Assembly (NCBI RefSeq): GCF_006345805.1
Contig: NC_043013.1
Span: forward strand, 8,184,001 to 8,248,000
Reading direction: 5' to 3'
DNA length: 64,000 bases
From: Octopus sinensis
Lineage: Eukaryota
The notes below the pieces were generated by a model, which was not told the DNA's origin, searched no databases, and saw only the letters and a list, made by a program, of their open reading frames with translations. The translations under genes were made by a program, and so were the position numbers. Below, in pieces: positions 1-11,132 of this stretch (its first letter is position 1; every line of letters starts with the position of its first letter).

Positions 1-351
1 GCCACTCCTGCGCCTATATATATAATTTTATATATGTATAATTATGTATAAAATGTATAATTTTAAGAAATTTTGACAGCTTCAAAACATAAATAGACGT
101 CTATCTCTTAAGATTGCCCTACTGAGAGAAATGCAAATGAGGGAATTCTGTAGACAAGAGAAGTTTAGGGTGTTTGTATGCATAAGAAATGGTAGGTAGG
201 TAAATCTCCCGACTTTGTCGTTGAATGAACAGAGATATACAAACTAAGTGTTTAACTAAACCTTTAAAGACAGTGTCACAGCATAGTCATAACTATGACG
301 AAAACAAGTAAAGAGAAGAGACGAATAAAGGATGATTAAATATATAACCAT

Positions 352-662
352 GGAGAGGCAATGGCCCAGTGGTTAGGGCAGCGGACTTGTGGTCGGAGGA
401 TCATGGTTTCAATTCCCAGACTGGGCGTTGTGTGTGTTTATTGAGCGAAAACACCTAAAAGCTCCACGAGGCTTGGCAGGGTGTGGTGGTGACACCTGTT
501 GTACTCTTTCATCCTGACTTTCTCTCACTCTTTCTTCCTGTTTCTTGAATAACGCTGCGATGGACTGGCGTCGTGTCCAGCTGGGGGGAACACATACACC
601 ACAGAAATCGGGAAACCGGGCCCTTGAGCCTGGCTAGGCTTGAAAAGGGCACATAAAAAAAA
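352..662 (+). mobile_element. tRNA-derived SINE with V-domain-like central segment (family E)
   Basis: tRNA-like head (tggcccagtggttagg A box; ggtttcaattccc B box), gcgatggactggcgtcgtgtccag segment, A-rich tail, flanking direct repeat atatataaccat (about 340-351 and 664-675); related head at 21590 and 28142-28523. Confidence 0.8.
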
Positions 663-1384
663 ATATATATAACCATTCTGTGCTCATATTCTCCTATGAT
701 CTCGTACTTACGATGATGTAAGTACTGATTGGATACAAAAAATGGTGTCTAAGCCTGACACCTCCATTCACTGATATTGTTTTTCATCCCTCTCACTAAT
801 TTGTACACTAACACCTTTGTAATCATCAGTTTTGATATGTCTTTGCTTTTATGGTTTGTACAGACCTGTGTTTTATATTTACATGTATTCTTATCTTGAA
901 TCTTAATTCTTAGATAATTTGCATAACTGTTTCAAGTATATAAATTAGGTATAAATTCAAGTATATAAATCTCTCCTCTCCCCTCATCTTTCTTTATATA
1001 TATGTGTGTGTGTATGTCTGTGTGTTTGTAGAGCACATACACACACACACACACACATACCACAGCTATGCTGAACAGTTGCCAGTTCGATCAGCCTTGC
1101 TTAGAAACGAAAGACTTTGATCAAGCATCCTAGAGTACACCGATGCACTTAGCAATGGAACTGATTTGTAAACATCGCTGAGACAACATCTGTTGTCATG
1201 TGTGGCTTAGGCAGAACAAGATGGAACAATAGATGCTGCAACAGACTTCAAAATGACCAAACTGGAAGATCTTGCAAATCAGCAGCCAGCTTTGCTATGC
1301 TCAACCAAAGCCTCAAAGAACTCCGCCACAAATGGTCTTTGTTGTATATTCTACTCTATGATATGTCTGTAATCGATTAAAACA

Positions 1385-1605
1385 TACTCTTTAACTTGGT
1401 TTCAGTCATTTGACTGTGGCCATGCTGAAGCACCACCTTTTAGTCGAAGAAATCGACCCCAGGACTTATTCTCTGTAAGCCTAGTACTTATCCTATTGGC
1501 CTCTTTTGCTGAACTGCTAAGTTATGGAGGACATAAACATACCAACATCAGTTGTCAAGTGATGGTGGAGGGACAAAGACAGACACATAAATACATGCAT
1601 ACATA

Positions 1606-1636
<31 letters not shown>

Positions 1637-1640
1637 CTCA
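1385..1640 (-). mobile_element. SINE family A, 3' half
   Basis: Matches the tail (gtttcagtcatttgactg...ggacttattct) of full copies such as 57338-57753, and ends in the internal (TA)n tract. Confidence 0.85.
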
Positions 1641-1644
1641 CTCA

Positions 1645-1915
1645 TCATCATCATTGTCGTTGTCAATAAACGTCCGCTTTCCACACTGGCATAGATTGGA
1701 CGGTTTGACTGAGGACCGGTGAGCCAGAAGGCTGCACCAGGCTTCAATCTTGATCTGGCAGAGTTTCTACAGCTGGATGCCATTCCTAATGCCAACCACT
1801 CCGAGAGTGTAGTGGGTGCTCTTTACATGCCACCAGCACATGTGCAGGTAATGCGACGGTGGCAACGATCATGCTGAATGGTGCTTTTTACATGCCACTG
1901 GCATGGGTGCCAATC
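1645..1915 (-). mobile_element. RTE LINE 3' UTR end (family C)
   Basis: Same sequence as the 3' UTR of the RTE fragment at 1955-2830, ending in a (GAT)n tail. Confidence 0.8.
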
Positions 1916-1954
1916 CATGGTCACACACACACACACACACACATATATCATTAT

Positions 1955-2830
1955 CATCATCATCATCGTTTAACATCCGCTTTCCATGCTAGCATGGGTT
2001 GGATGATTTTGACTGAGTGCTGGTGAGCCAGATGGCTGCACCAATCTTGATCTGGCAGAGTTTCTACAGTTGGATGCCCTTCCTAAAGCCAACCACTCCG
2101 AGAGTGTAGTGGGTGCTATTTACATGCCACCGGCATGGGGGCCAGTCAGGCGGTACTGGCAATGACCTCGCTCGAATCTTTTTACACATGCCACCAGCAC
2201 AGGTGTCAGTGAATCTACGTTGTTAATGATCACGCTCGAATGGTGCCCTTTTACGTGCCATGAGTACAGAAGCCAGTTGGCTGCTCTGGCAATGATCACG
2301 CTCAGATGGTGCTCTTGGCACCCTACTAGGACAGGCATAAGTGCCAGTAAGGCGACGCTGGTAACGATCATACTTGAATAGCCACTCTGTCAACGATCAC
2401 ACTTGTATGGTTCTCTTTGCACCCTGCTAGCACAGATGCCAGTTATCGAATTGATTTTGACTTTGATTTTGATTTCACTTGCCTCAACAGGTCTTCGCAA
2501 GTAGACTTTAGTGACCAAAGAAGGAAAAGGTACGCATAGGCCGGCTGTTACGCTCCTGGCATAGGCCACAGGTTATGGTCTCATTTGGCTTGCCGGGTCT
2601 TCGCAAGCACAGCATATTTCCAAAAGTCTCGGTTGCTAGTCATTTCCTTGGTGAGACCTAATGTTCGAAGGTTGTGCTTCACCATTTCATCCCAGGTTTT
2701 TCTGGGTTTATCTCTTCCACAGGTTCCCTCAACCGCTAGGGTGTGGCACTTTTTCACGCAGCTGTCCTCATCCATTCTTGCCACATGACCATACCAGTGC
2801 AGTCATCTCTCTTGCACACCACATCTAAAG
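1955..2830 (-). mobile_element. 5'-truncated RTE-clade LINE: ORF2 C-terminus plus 3' UTR
   Basis: Minus strand reads RCGVQER*LHWYGHVARMDEDSCVKKCHTLAVEGTCGRDKPRKTWDEMVKHNLRTLGL, a typical RTE ORF2 C-terminus, followed by a repeat-containing 3' UTR and a (GAT)n tail. Confidence 0.9.
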
Positions 2831-2892
2831 TCAAAATCGTCCAACCCATGCTAGCATGGAAAGCAGACGTTAAACGATGATGATGATGATGA

Positions 2893-2935
<43 letters not shown>

Positions 2936-3539
2936 TACACAAACATATGAACATGTTTATATATGTGTGTACATACATACATGCACATGCACACAAGCAA
3001 ACACACACACATATTTGTGTGTTTTTATGTATTTAGGCACAAAAACAAAGGTACATATAGGACAAAGAAGTCAATTAGTTTGCTCTCACATTTTATTTCA
3101 GATAAAATACAAACTCTTTACATTAATACATTCATCTCCACAAGGATATATGCATATGTGTGTGTCTGTATGTCCATATGTGTGCAAAATCCTAATAATG
3201 GTAATGCTTTGAAAACTAGCTACATTCAATATTCACTTTAATTTTTACATGAACCGTCAGCATCTCATTCATAGTAGATGCTAAATAATTTTCATTCTGA
3301 TTCATGGTTTATTCAAAAATATTTCTTCGAATTATGGGTTCCTTGTGGCATACTTATAATCAATATTGGAATGCCTACAGGAGTAGTATTTACCTATAGA
3401 ACAACTTATATTAAAATACATCTTATGCTGACATTTCTTTAATACGGTTCTCTGAAATATGTATTTAGCTTCTGCCGACAAAACTAGCAGACACACATTT
3501 CATTTCTATTTGAAGTCCATAAAGATACCTATAAATAAT

Positions 3540-3587
3540 GTTAACAATGATGACAATGATGATGATGATAATAATAATGGTAATAAA

Positions 3588-3658
<71 letters not shown>

Positions 3659-3810
3659 GTAATAAAAATAATAATAATAATAATAATGATAATAATAATA
3701 ATAATAAAAATAATAATAAATAATAATAATAATAATAATAATATAATAATAATAATAGCTAATGATGATAATATCTACATTGGTAATATCATTAATAATA
3801 ATGATGTGAA
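3540..3810. repeat. Long (TAA)n / (TGA)n microsatellite
   Basis: Directly visible trinucleotide array. Confidence 0.95.
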
Positions 3811-4106
3811 CGAATAACTGTAAAAGAATCATAATTTTTTGCCGTCTGCTGTTGAAATACTTTGCATGTCAGTTAAATTTGAAGCAATTGATTGCATGTG
3901 TGCATCAACATTATCTTGTAGCCCACACCACATATATTTCTGTGTGTGTGTGTGTGTGTGTGCATATAATACCTGTGTATGTATGCATGCTTGTATGTGC
4001 ATGAACATATCAATATATTTAAGGAAATATATTGAGTGTATGAGTGTGTATAGATATGTAAGTATATATATGTTAAACATACACATGTACACACATATAC
4101 ATATAC

Positions 4107-4150
<44 letters not shown>

Positions 4151-4167
4151 TATATACACTCGTGAGT

Positions 4168-4312
4168 ACCACTGGCGATTTTTTTCCACTGTCTTCCCTT
4201 CTTGGGATCTTTCCTTCTCCTATGTTTCCGACGAAGAGCTCTGCTCGAAACGTTAAGCCCTCCTTCTTCCCTTCTTTCCTGAGCATCCAATGATACTTTA
4301 TTTGTTCCACGT
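4168..4312 (+). mobile_element. Short repeat with a minimal hammerhead-like motif (possibly Penelope-derived)
   Basis: CCGACGA-A-GAGC-tct-GCTC-GAAAC-GTT at 4228-4254; the same architecture recurs at 21398-21430. Confidence 0.4.
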
Positions 4313-4313
4313 C

Positions 4314-4349
<36 letters not shown>

Positions 4350-4363
4350 ATATGTATATTATA

Positions 4364-4800
4364 CAGTTAAAAGAAGAAAAGAAAATGGATATAAGGAAGT
4401 TAACAATAATTTATTATTAACAAATTGGTCATCTTCACTTCTTACAGCTGTTTCAATTAATGCTCAATAATTTAATTACAAATTTGTGCATTAAATTTGC
4501 ATTTGTGTGACATGAGCATAATCTCATCAGAGACAAAAAAAAGATATCGCTCGAGATGTTATATGTGGACCTATCTATTCATTTCAGGAGACTCAGATCT
4601 ACATATAACATCCAAAGGTACATTATTTTTTCTCTGATGAAATTATTCTCATGTCACATAAATGTAAATTTAATGTACAAATTTGTAATTAAATTATTGA
4701 GCATTAATTGAAACAGATTTAAGAAGCCAAGATGACCAATTTGTTAATAATAAACAATTATTAACTTACTTATCTCCATTTCCTTTTCTTCTTTTAGCTG
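4364..4800. mobile_element. Fold-back element with about 200 bp inverted arms, each carrying a hammerhead-like motif
   Basis: 4364-4567 is the reverse complement of 4601-4800 with scattered mismatches; CTGATGA...GAAAC cores at 4443-4530 (-) and 4634-4714 (+). Confidence 0.8.
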
Positions 4801-4929
4801 GATATAAACTAATATGCTTAATATATACCTATTGTTTTAAGGGAATTTCATTCCCCAACAATACTAGGTATTGAACCAGTATTTCCTTGGATGCAACCAT
4901 CCCTTCACAAGGTTAACATATCATCTAAT

Positions 4930-5335
4930 AAGGCAGTGAGCTGGCAGAAACGTTAGCACGCCGGGCGAAAGCTTAGCAGTATTTCTGCTGCCGTTATATT
5001 CTGAGTTCAAATTCTGCCGAGGTCGACTTTACCTTTCATCCTTTCGGGGTCAATATATTAAGTACCAGTTACGCACTGAGTTCGATGTAATCGACTTAAT
5101 CCCTTTGTTTCACCTTGTTTGTCCTCTCTGTGTTTAGCCCCTTGTGGGTAGTAAAGAAATAGGTATTTCGTCTGTATTTATGTTCTGAGTCCAAATTCTG
5201 CCGTAGTCGCCTTTGTTTTCATCCTTTCAGGGTCAATAAATTAAGTACCAGTTGCATACTGGGGTCGATCTAATCGACTGTGCCCCACCCCCAAAACAAT
5301 TTCAGGCCTTATTCCTATAGTAGAAAAGAACATAT
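4930..5335 (+). mobile_element. Dimeric tRNA-derived SINE, Meta-domain-like (family B)
   Basis: Head gagctggcagaaacgttagc, then two tandem copies of the B-box + gcctttcatcctttcggggtc...aagtaccag module with different tails; same layout at 29500-29900. Confidence 0.85.
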
Positions 5336-5497
5336 TCTTTAATTAAATTTTTTTATATATATATATAAATTTATATATAGATATATCGTTTGTAAAATGC
5401 ATAAATCCGGAGAAGAAGTACACTCTAAGATGTAGAGCAATATATATTAAAAATGGAGAAGACTGGTTTATGGGATTACCTTAGGTTTCCCTTCCAT

Positions 5498-5630
5498 AAA
5501 AGGTTTAGTTCTATGGCGTTTCATCAGACCCCAAAACCTGTTGGCCTATGACCTCTTTCAAATATTTTGAAGAGGTCAAATGCCAACAGGTTTTGGGGTC
5601 TGACAAAACGCCATAGAACTAAACCCTTTT
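5498..5630. repeat. Near-perfect hairpin with about 60 bp arms
   Basis: ggtttagttctatggcgttt..cagaccccaaaacctgttggc..tgacctctt pairs with aagaggtca..gccaacaggttttggggtctg..aaacgccatagaactaaacc. Confidence 0.9.
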
Positions 5631-5633
5631 TTA

Positions 5634-5666
<33 letters not shown>

Positions 5667-5687
5667 GCACACCAGACTCATATTTTT

Positions 5688-5736
<49 letters not shown>

Positions 5737-6894
5737 GTATGTATATATGTATACATCCCATTTTTAATATATATATATATATGATATGTATGTATATATG
5801 TATACATATACATACATACATGAATACATACATACATGAATACATACATATATCCATATCCATTATTGTGTGTATAAGTATACACCCATTTTTATGTGTG
5901 TGTATATATTACATTTATGTATTTATATGTTTATATGTATTCATATTTAATATATTTAAACATGTCTATATTCCTTTTGTACTGTTTGAATTTTATTCTA
6001 AGTTTCTTCTTCTGCCACTCTTTGCTTGGCAGACAGATTTTGAAATTTATCGATTATTGCTTGACTCTCCAATAATAACCTTTGATTAAACATTCCAGGA
6101 AAATTTCTAATTCATCGCTATATGGCCAGTGATTACATGCTCTCTGAGTTGGTTTGAAAGTCGGTATGCACGAAACTCTAAGCCTTTGAACTACTTTTGT
6201 AGTTTTACAACCTATAATAAAATATGTGATATATATATATATATCTGTGTGTATATATATGGAGTTATTTGTGTGTGTGTGTGTGCAGGTGTGTATGTAG
6301 ATGTGTCTGGTGTGTATGGGCATGTACTGTGTGTGGATATGTGAATGTAGTGTGTGTGTGTTTGTGTGTGATTGAGTATGTGTACATGCATGTGAGTGTG
6401 GTGTGTGTGTATGCATGTGTGTGTGTGCATATGTGAGTTTGGTGTGCATGTATTTGAGTGGTGTGTGTGTATGTGACCATCTCTGTGCATGTGTGTATGT
6501 GAGTGATCCATGTATATGTAAATATAGCTTGTGTGTGTATATGAGTGTAATGTGTGTGTATGTGGGTGTGTTCTGAGTGTGTGTATGTATGTATGTGTGA
6601 GCATACCTCAGTCTGTGCGTACATTGAAATTCCACATTTTGCCTCCACTTGAGTAAAGCAATGGTGATGTTGATATTCTATGTTGACATTATAATCGGCT
6701 GCTCTGCGTCTTCAAAGACAACTGCAAAAAAAGTGACCCTTATTTGGAAACACATAAGGGTTGGTGACAGAATGAGCATCCAACTGTAAAGTCCTGTCTC
6801 AGCTTCTTGTCCAAAATCATGCTAATGCGGAAAAGTAGACATTAAACACGCAAACATGCATAAACACACACATACATGCATGCATTCACCTTTT

Positions 6895-7315
6895 ATCTCT
6901 TACACTTTCAGTCATTGGACTGCAGCCAGGTTTCAGTCATTGGACTGCAGCCAGGTTTCAGTCATTGGACTGCAGCCAGGTTTCAGTCATTGGACTACAA
7001 CCATGGTGGGTCACCTCCAAAGCTTGGTGCTTATTCTTTCAGTATCTTTAGCCAAACTGTTAAGCTTTGGATGATTAAACAAACCAGCACCAGTTGTCAA
7101 GTGGTGGTGAAGGATAAACAAAAATACGGAGACACACACACACATACACAGAGAAGGGGCTTCTTTCAGTTTCTGTCTACCAAATCCACTGACAAGGCTT
7201 TGGTCAACTTGAGAGTGTAGCAGTAGGCACTTGCCAAAATTCCAACAAAATAGAACTGAACTCAGAACCATGTGCCTGGGATGCAAATTTCTTAGCAGAC
7301 TGCCACACCTGTACC
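6895..7315 (-). mobile_element. SINE family A, diverged full copy
   Basis: Tail, internal CA tract, ctaccaaatccac...aaggctttgg domain and head are all present. Confidence 0.8.
6906..7002. repeat. 25-bp tandem repeat (about 3.8 copies) derived from the SINE A tail
   Basis: Unit tttcagtcattggactgcagccagg. Confidence 0.9.
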
Positions 7316-7878
7316 TATATTTGTATTGTTCAAGGCTCTCTATTAAAGCGCTTGCCTAATTTATATAACAGCAAGCCTGTGCTTTTGACTACAGAAGGAA
7401 GTCAAGTACATCGTCTCTGAGGAGTGCTGATCAATCCATGAGACAGTCCATCGGGAGACTGTCTTTTTTTTTTGTTTTTTTCATCATTCAACAATGACAT
7501 TGAAAGAATCTGTTTGTCTGCTTGTTTTGTTGGTTCTAGCACAGTGAGACTTTGAAATATTTAAATTTCTTCTAGTTCTTCCCATTGACACTGTGTCTTG
7601 TGTGTGTGTCTGTCTGTGTCTGTGTGTCTATGTATGCATGTATATGTAGTTCCTATTTAGCACTGTCAACCAACTGAAGTTGGTAAATAACAATGGATTA
7701 AATTACTATTTTCTTCTGAAGTTCTGGCATTTCAATGTGATTATGCAATGATCTACATAACAATTACTGCACAACGTATAGGGAAATACATGTGTGTGTA
7801 TATATGTATGTATATGTATCTGTGTGTGTGTGTGTATGTATATGTTTATATATATATGTATATATACATATATATATA

Positions 7879-7929
<51 letters not shown>

Positions 7930-9249
7930 AAATATATATATATACATATATATAAATACATGTATTTATATAAATATATATATGTGTGTGTGTGTGTGAA
8001 TATATATATATGTATATATGTATATATATATATATATGTATGTATATATGTGTGTGTGCATATATAGTTTATATGTATGCATGTATATATATATACAATA
8101 TATATGTATATACATGTATACACACACACATACACATACATACACATTTTATCCTAATCTCCAAAACATCAGAACTGTTAATGGTTCAGCATAAGGATTT
8201 TATTTTTTTTTATTTTTAATATATTTAATCTTAAATCTATCATACTAAGCTGGATTATGTCTTCAATGTTATTTCTTCTCCCCAGTTGTACTGTATTTAA
8301 GAAAGAGGCTTCATGTGTTAAAGTCACGTGTCTACTTTCTAACGTCTGTCAACTTTAAAGTTGTACAAGTGTGTGTATATAGATGAGAAAAGTAGAAAGG
8401 CATTTGAAATTAATCACGTATGTAGTTGGAGGTGTAGTGATGCGATTAAGAAGTTCACTTTCTAACCGTGTGGTTTGGTGTTCAATCCATTCTGTAGCAT
8501 AGCATCTTGGGTTAATTTTTTGGGTTCATTACTTGTAACTTATAAGTGGGAAAGCTGACAGAATCATTAGCACACATAGAATAATGCTTAGCAGCATTTT
8601 ATCCATCTTTACATTCTGAAGTTCAAATTCAACTGGGGCCAACTTTAACTTTCATCCTTTTGAGGTTGATAAAATAAGTTGCTAGTTAAACAATGGGATT
8701 GATGTAATTGTCTTACCCCTCCCCCAAAATTGCTGGCCTTGTGCCAAAATTCGAAGCCATTATTAGTATTAACTTAATTGCACCAGATACCTCCATGCAA
8801 ACCTGAATTTAGTGATTTTTGTAGATTTATGTTTTATAGCTAGAGGCCTGTTTTCACTACTAATGTAAACTCACCAAGGAAATGATAGTAATTTTGCAGT
8901 TAGTTTGCCTAAAGCAATGTAGATTAACACACTATGTTTAGAACAATTATATGTCTAAGAGAATTCAGTGAATAGTTCAACATATTCTATCTCTTCTCAT
9001 TCTGTCTCCACTTCATAAAGAATATATATCCCATATCACTATCATTTCTTCGGTACAACAATAATTGCTTATACATCAAAAGGAAGAATTTGGTTAAGTC
9101 AGTTCGTTTTGTATCAGTCAATTGCAAAGTCTGTCTCCGATTCCAGTAAATAATCGCCTGTTTTTATTCTATCAATTTAACCATGACCTAACTGATGACT
9201 ATACCTGCCAAGAAAAGTAGTTGAACAAAAATTACTCTTTCTTTATGTA

Positions 9250-9960
9250 TATATCGATCTATATCGTAGGTGGTGGCATCTCAGTGGGTGCAGCTTCACC
9301 AGGCAGGGAAGCTTGTGTGCTTGTGTTTCCCAGGTGTCGGGTTGATCTCAAAGCTCTTCAGTAAGGCTTTGAATGTATCCATAAAGCACTTTTTCTGTCT
9401 ACCCTGCGTGCACTTTGCCTGCACTTGTTCATTGTAAAATCATCATCATCATTGTTTGACCGTGGTCGAGACAATGGAATTTACTATGTTACACCAGACT
9501 TCATGGTCCATCATAGCATTACGGAGGTCCTGTTGCTGGATGCCTGTATCCCTGGAGATTACATCAGCGTATGAGAGTGTGTGCCATCTGGTGTCGCGAG
9601 TAGATGGTTTCCAGAGGAGAAGAGCAGAAATTACCTCGTTTTCAGCTCTACAACAATGTCCAGCAAACTGGACTCTTCTGGACTCTTGGGAAATCCTGTA
9701 TCAGGTAATTGAAACAAGGTAGCCTGCTCACCGGACTTGCACTCTCCTCAGCGGTGTATAAATGCTTGACAGGTCAGCTCAAGAGAGGACCTCTGTGTCT
9801 GAGATCTTGTCTTGCCAGGTGATTTCCAATTATGCAAGTCCAGAGCCAACTCCTTGTATTCAGTTCTAGCAGATCACTGGTGCCTGGTCTGCAGCCGAGC
9901 GGTCTGAGCACACAGATTTGCCACAGCCAGATACACTGTACTCCATCTTCTCTCATATGA
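9250..9960 (-). mobile_element. Decayed BovB-like RTE ORF2 C-terminal fragment interrupted by a second LINE
   Basis: LEITWQDKISDTEVLS*ADLSSIYTPLRRVQVR*AGYLV..PDTGFPK, then after the insert FYNEQVQAKCTQGRQKKCFMDTFKALLKSFEINP. Confidence 0.8.
9440..9682 (-). mobile_element. RTE-X-like LINE 3' end nested in the BovB-like fragment
   Basis: Open frame SRRVQFAGHCCRAENEVISALLLWKPSTRDTRWHTLSYADVISRDTGIQQQDLRNAMMDHEVWCNIVNSIVSTTVKQ* followed by (TGA)n; second copy at 27262-27405. Confidence 0.85.
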
Positions 9961-10014
9961 TGTCCTTAATCATCAACAATGCCAGACAAACTACAACTAC
10001 TATTACCACTACTA

Positions 10015-10029
10015 CTACTATTGCTGTTG

Positions 10030-10080
<51 letters not shown>

Positions 10081-10095
10081 ATAATAATAATAATA
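10015..10095. repeat. (CTA)n/(TAA)n microsatellite
   Basis: Directly visible. Confidence 0.9.
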
Positions 10096-10124
10096 ATGTC
10101 TGTACGTGTATGAGTGTCTATACA

Positions 10125-10300
10125 TATATACATATAACAGGCTTCTTTCAGTTTCCACCTACCAAATCCATTTATAAGGTTTTGTTCTGCCAGGGACTAT
10201 AGCAGAAGATACTTGTACAAGGGGCCATATTGTTGGACTGAACCCAGAATTGTCTGGTTAAGAAGGAAATGTCTTAATACCATAGCCACATCTGTGCCTA
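10125..10300 (-). mobile_element. SINE family A, 5' half
   Basis: ggcttctttcagtttcc...accaaatcc domain and tRNA-like head. Confidence 0.75.
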
Positions 10301-10399
10301 TACACACACACAAACATACACTCACACTTACATGCACGCATGCACACACACACACACACACACACATACACAAAGCCATTTAGATCAGGTCTCTAATGT

Positions 10400-10570
10400 G
10401 TGCAGCACTCCACTGACTCATAAACATGACTCCGCATTAGACTCAAGGGATTCGTTAGTGCTCGTTATCACCTATTCTTCAGCCTTCTATTATAATCACT
10501 TTTGTTTGGCACCTTTGCATCTTTGAGAACAATTTCTGTTCGACATTTGTGAAAGGCCAATTTTATGTAA
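10400..10570 (+). pseudogene. Possible TIR-domain relic (central part)
   Basis: SALDSRDSLVLVITYSSAFYYNHFCL...FLFDICERPI resembles the TIR segment AI..SRKT.LVLS..F..S.WC...I.I.LE.I; matched by eye only. Confidence 0.25.
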
Positions 10571-10719
10571 GACATTTTAATATAAGTCACTTTCGCTCAT
10601 TGTCTGTTTCTATCTTCTTAGAAACAGCATCCCGCTTTCAACAGCATGTCATTGTTTCAAACCTCTATTGATCATTTCCAACATTTCTCTAATCATCCGA
10701 GCAACAGCATCATTACTGC

Positions 10720-10780
10720 AGTGGTGGTAGTAGTAGTAGTTGTAGTAGTGGTAGTAGTGGTAGTAGTAGTAGTAGTAGTG

Positions 10781-10816
<36 letters not shown>

Positions 10817-10930
10817 GTTGTAGTAGTAGTAGTAGTAGTAGTAGTCACAGTAGTAGTAGTAGTGACAGTAGTAGTAGTGGTAGTAGTAGTAGTGGTAGTA
10901 GTAGTGGTGGTAGTAGTAGTAGTAGTAGTG

Positions 10931-10964
<34 letters not shown>

Positions 10965-11030
10965 CACTGGTGGTGGTAGGGTTAGGGTGGTGGTGGTGGT
11001 GGTGGTGGTGGTGGTGGTGGTTGGGGGTAG
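10720..11030. repeat. (GTA)n/(GTG)n microsatellite, about 300 bp
   Basis: Directly visible; source of the poly-V and poly-T ORFs. Confidence 0.95.
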
Positions 11031-11132
11031 CAATGTTGCTGTTCTCCACCAAGTCCTTTGTGCCCATAGATGTCGTTGATTCAATGCATTTATTCATCTG
11101 ATATCTAATACAAAATAAGGCAGGAACATTGG

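Noticed and set aside
1198-1380. 60-aa ORF MCGLGRTRW...
   Set aside because: No recognisable motif or splice context; length expected by chance.
8282-8364. 83-nt candidate exon (VLYLRKRLHVLKSRVYFLTSVNFKVVQ)
   Set aside because: Good acceptor but weak donor (gtgtgt) and no recognisable product; not supportable without RNA data.
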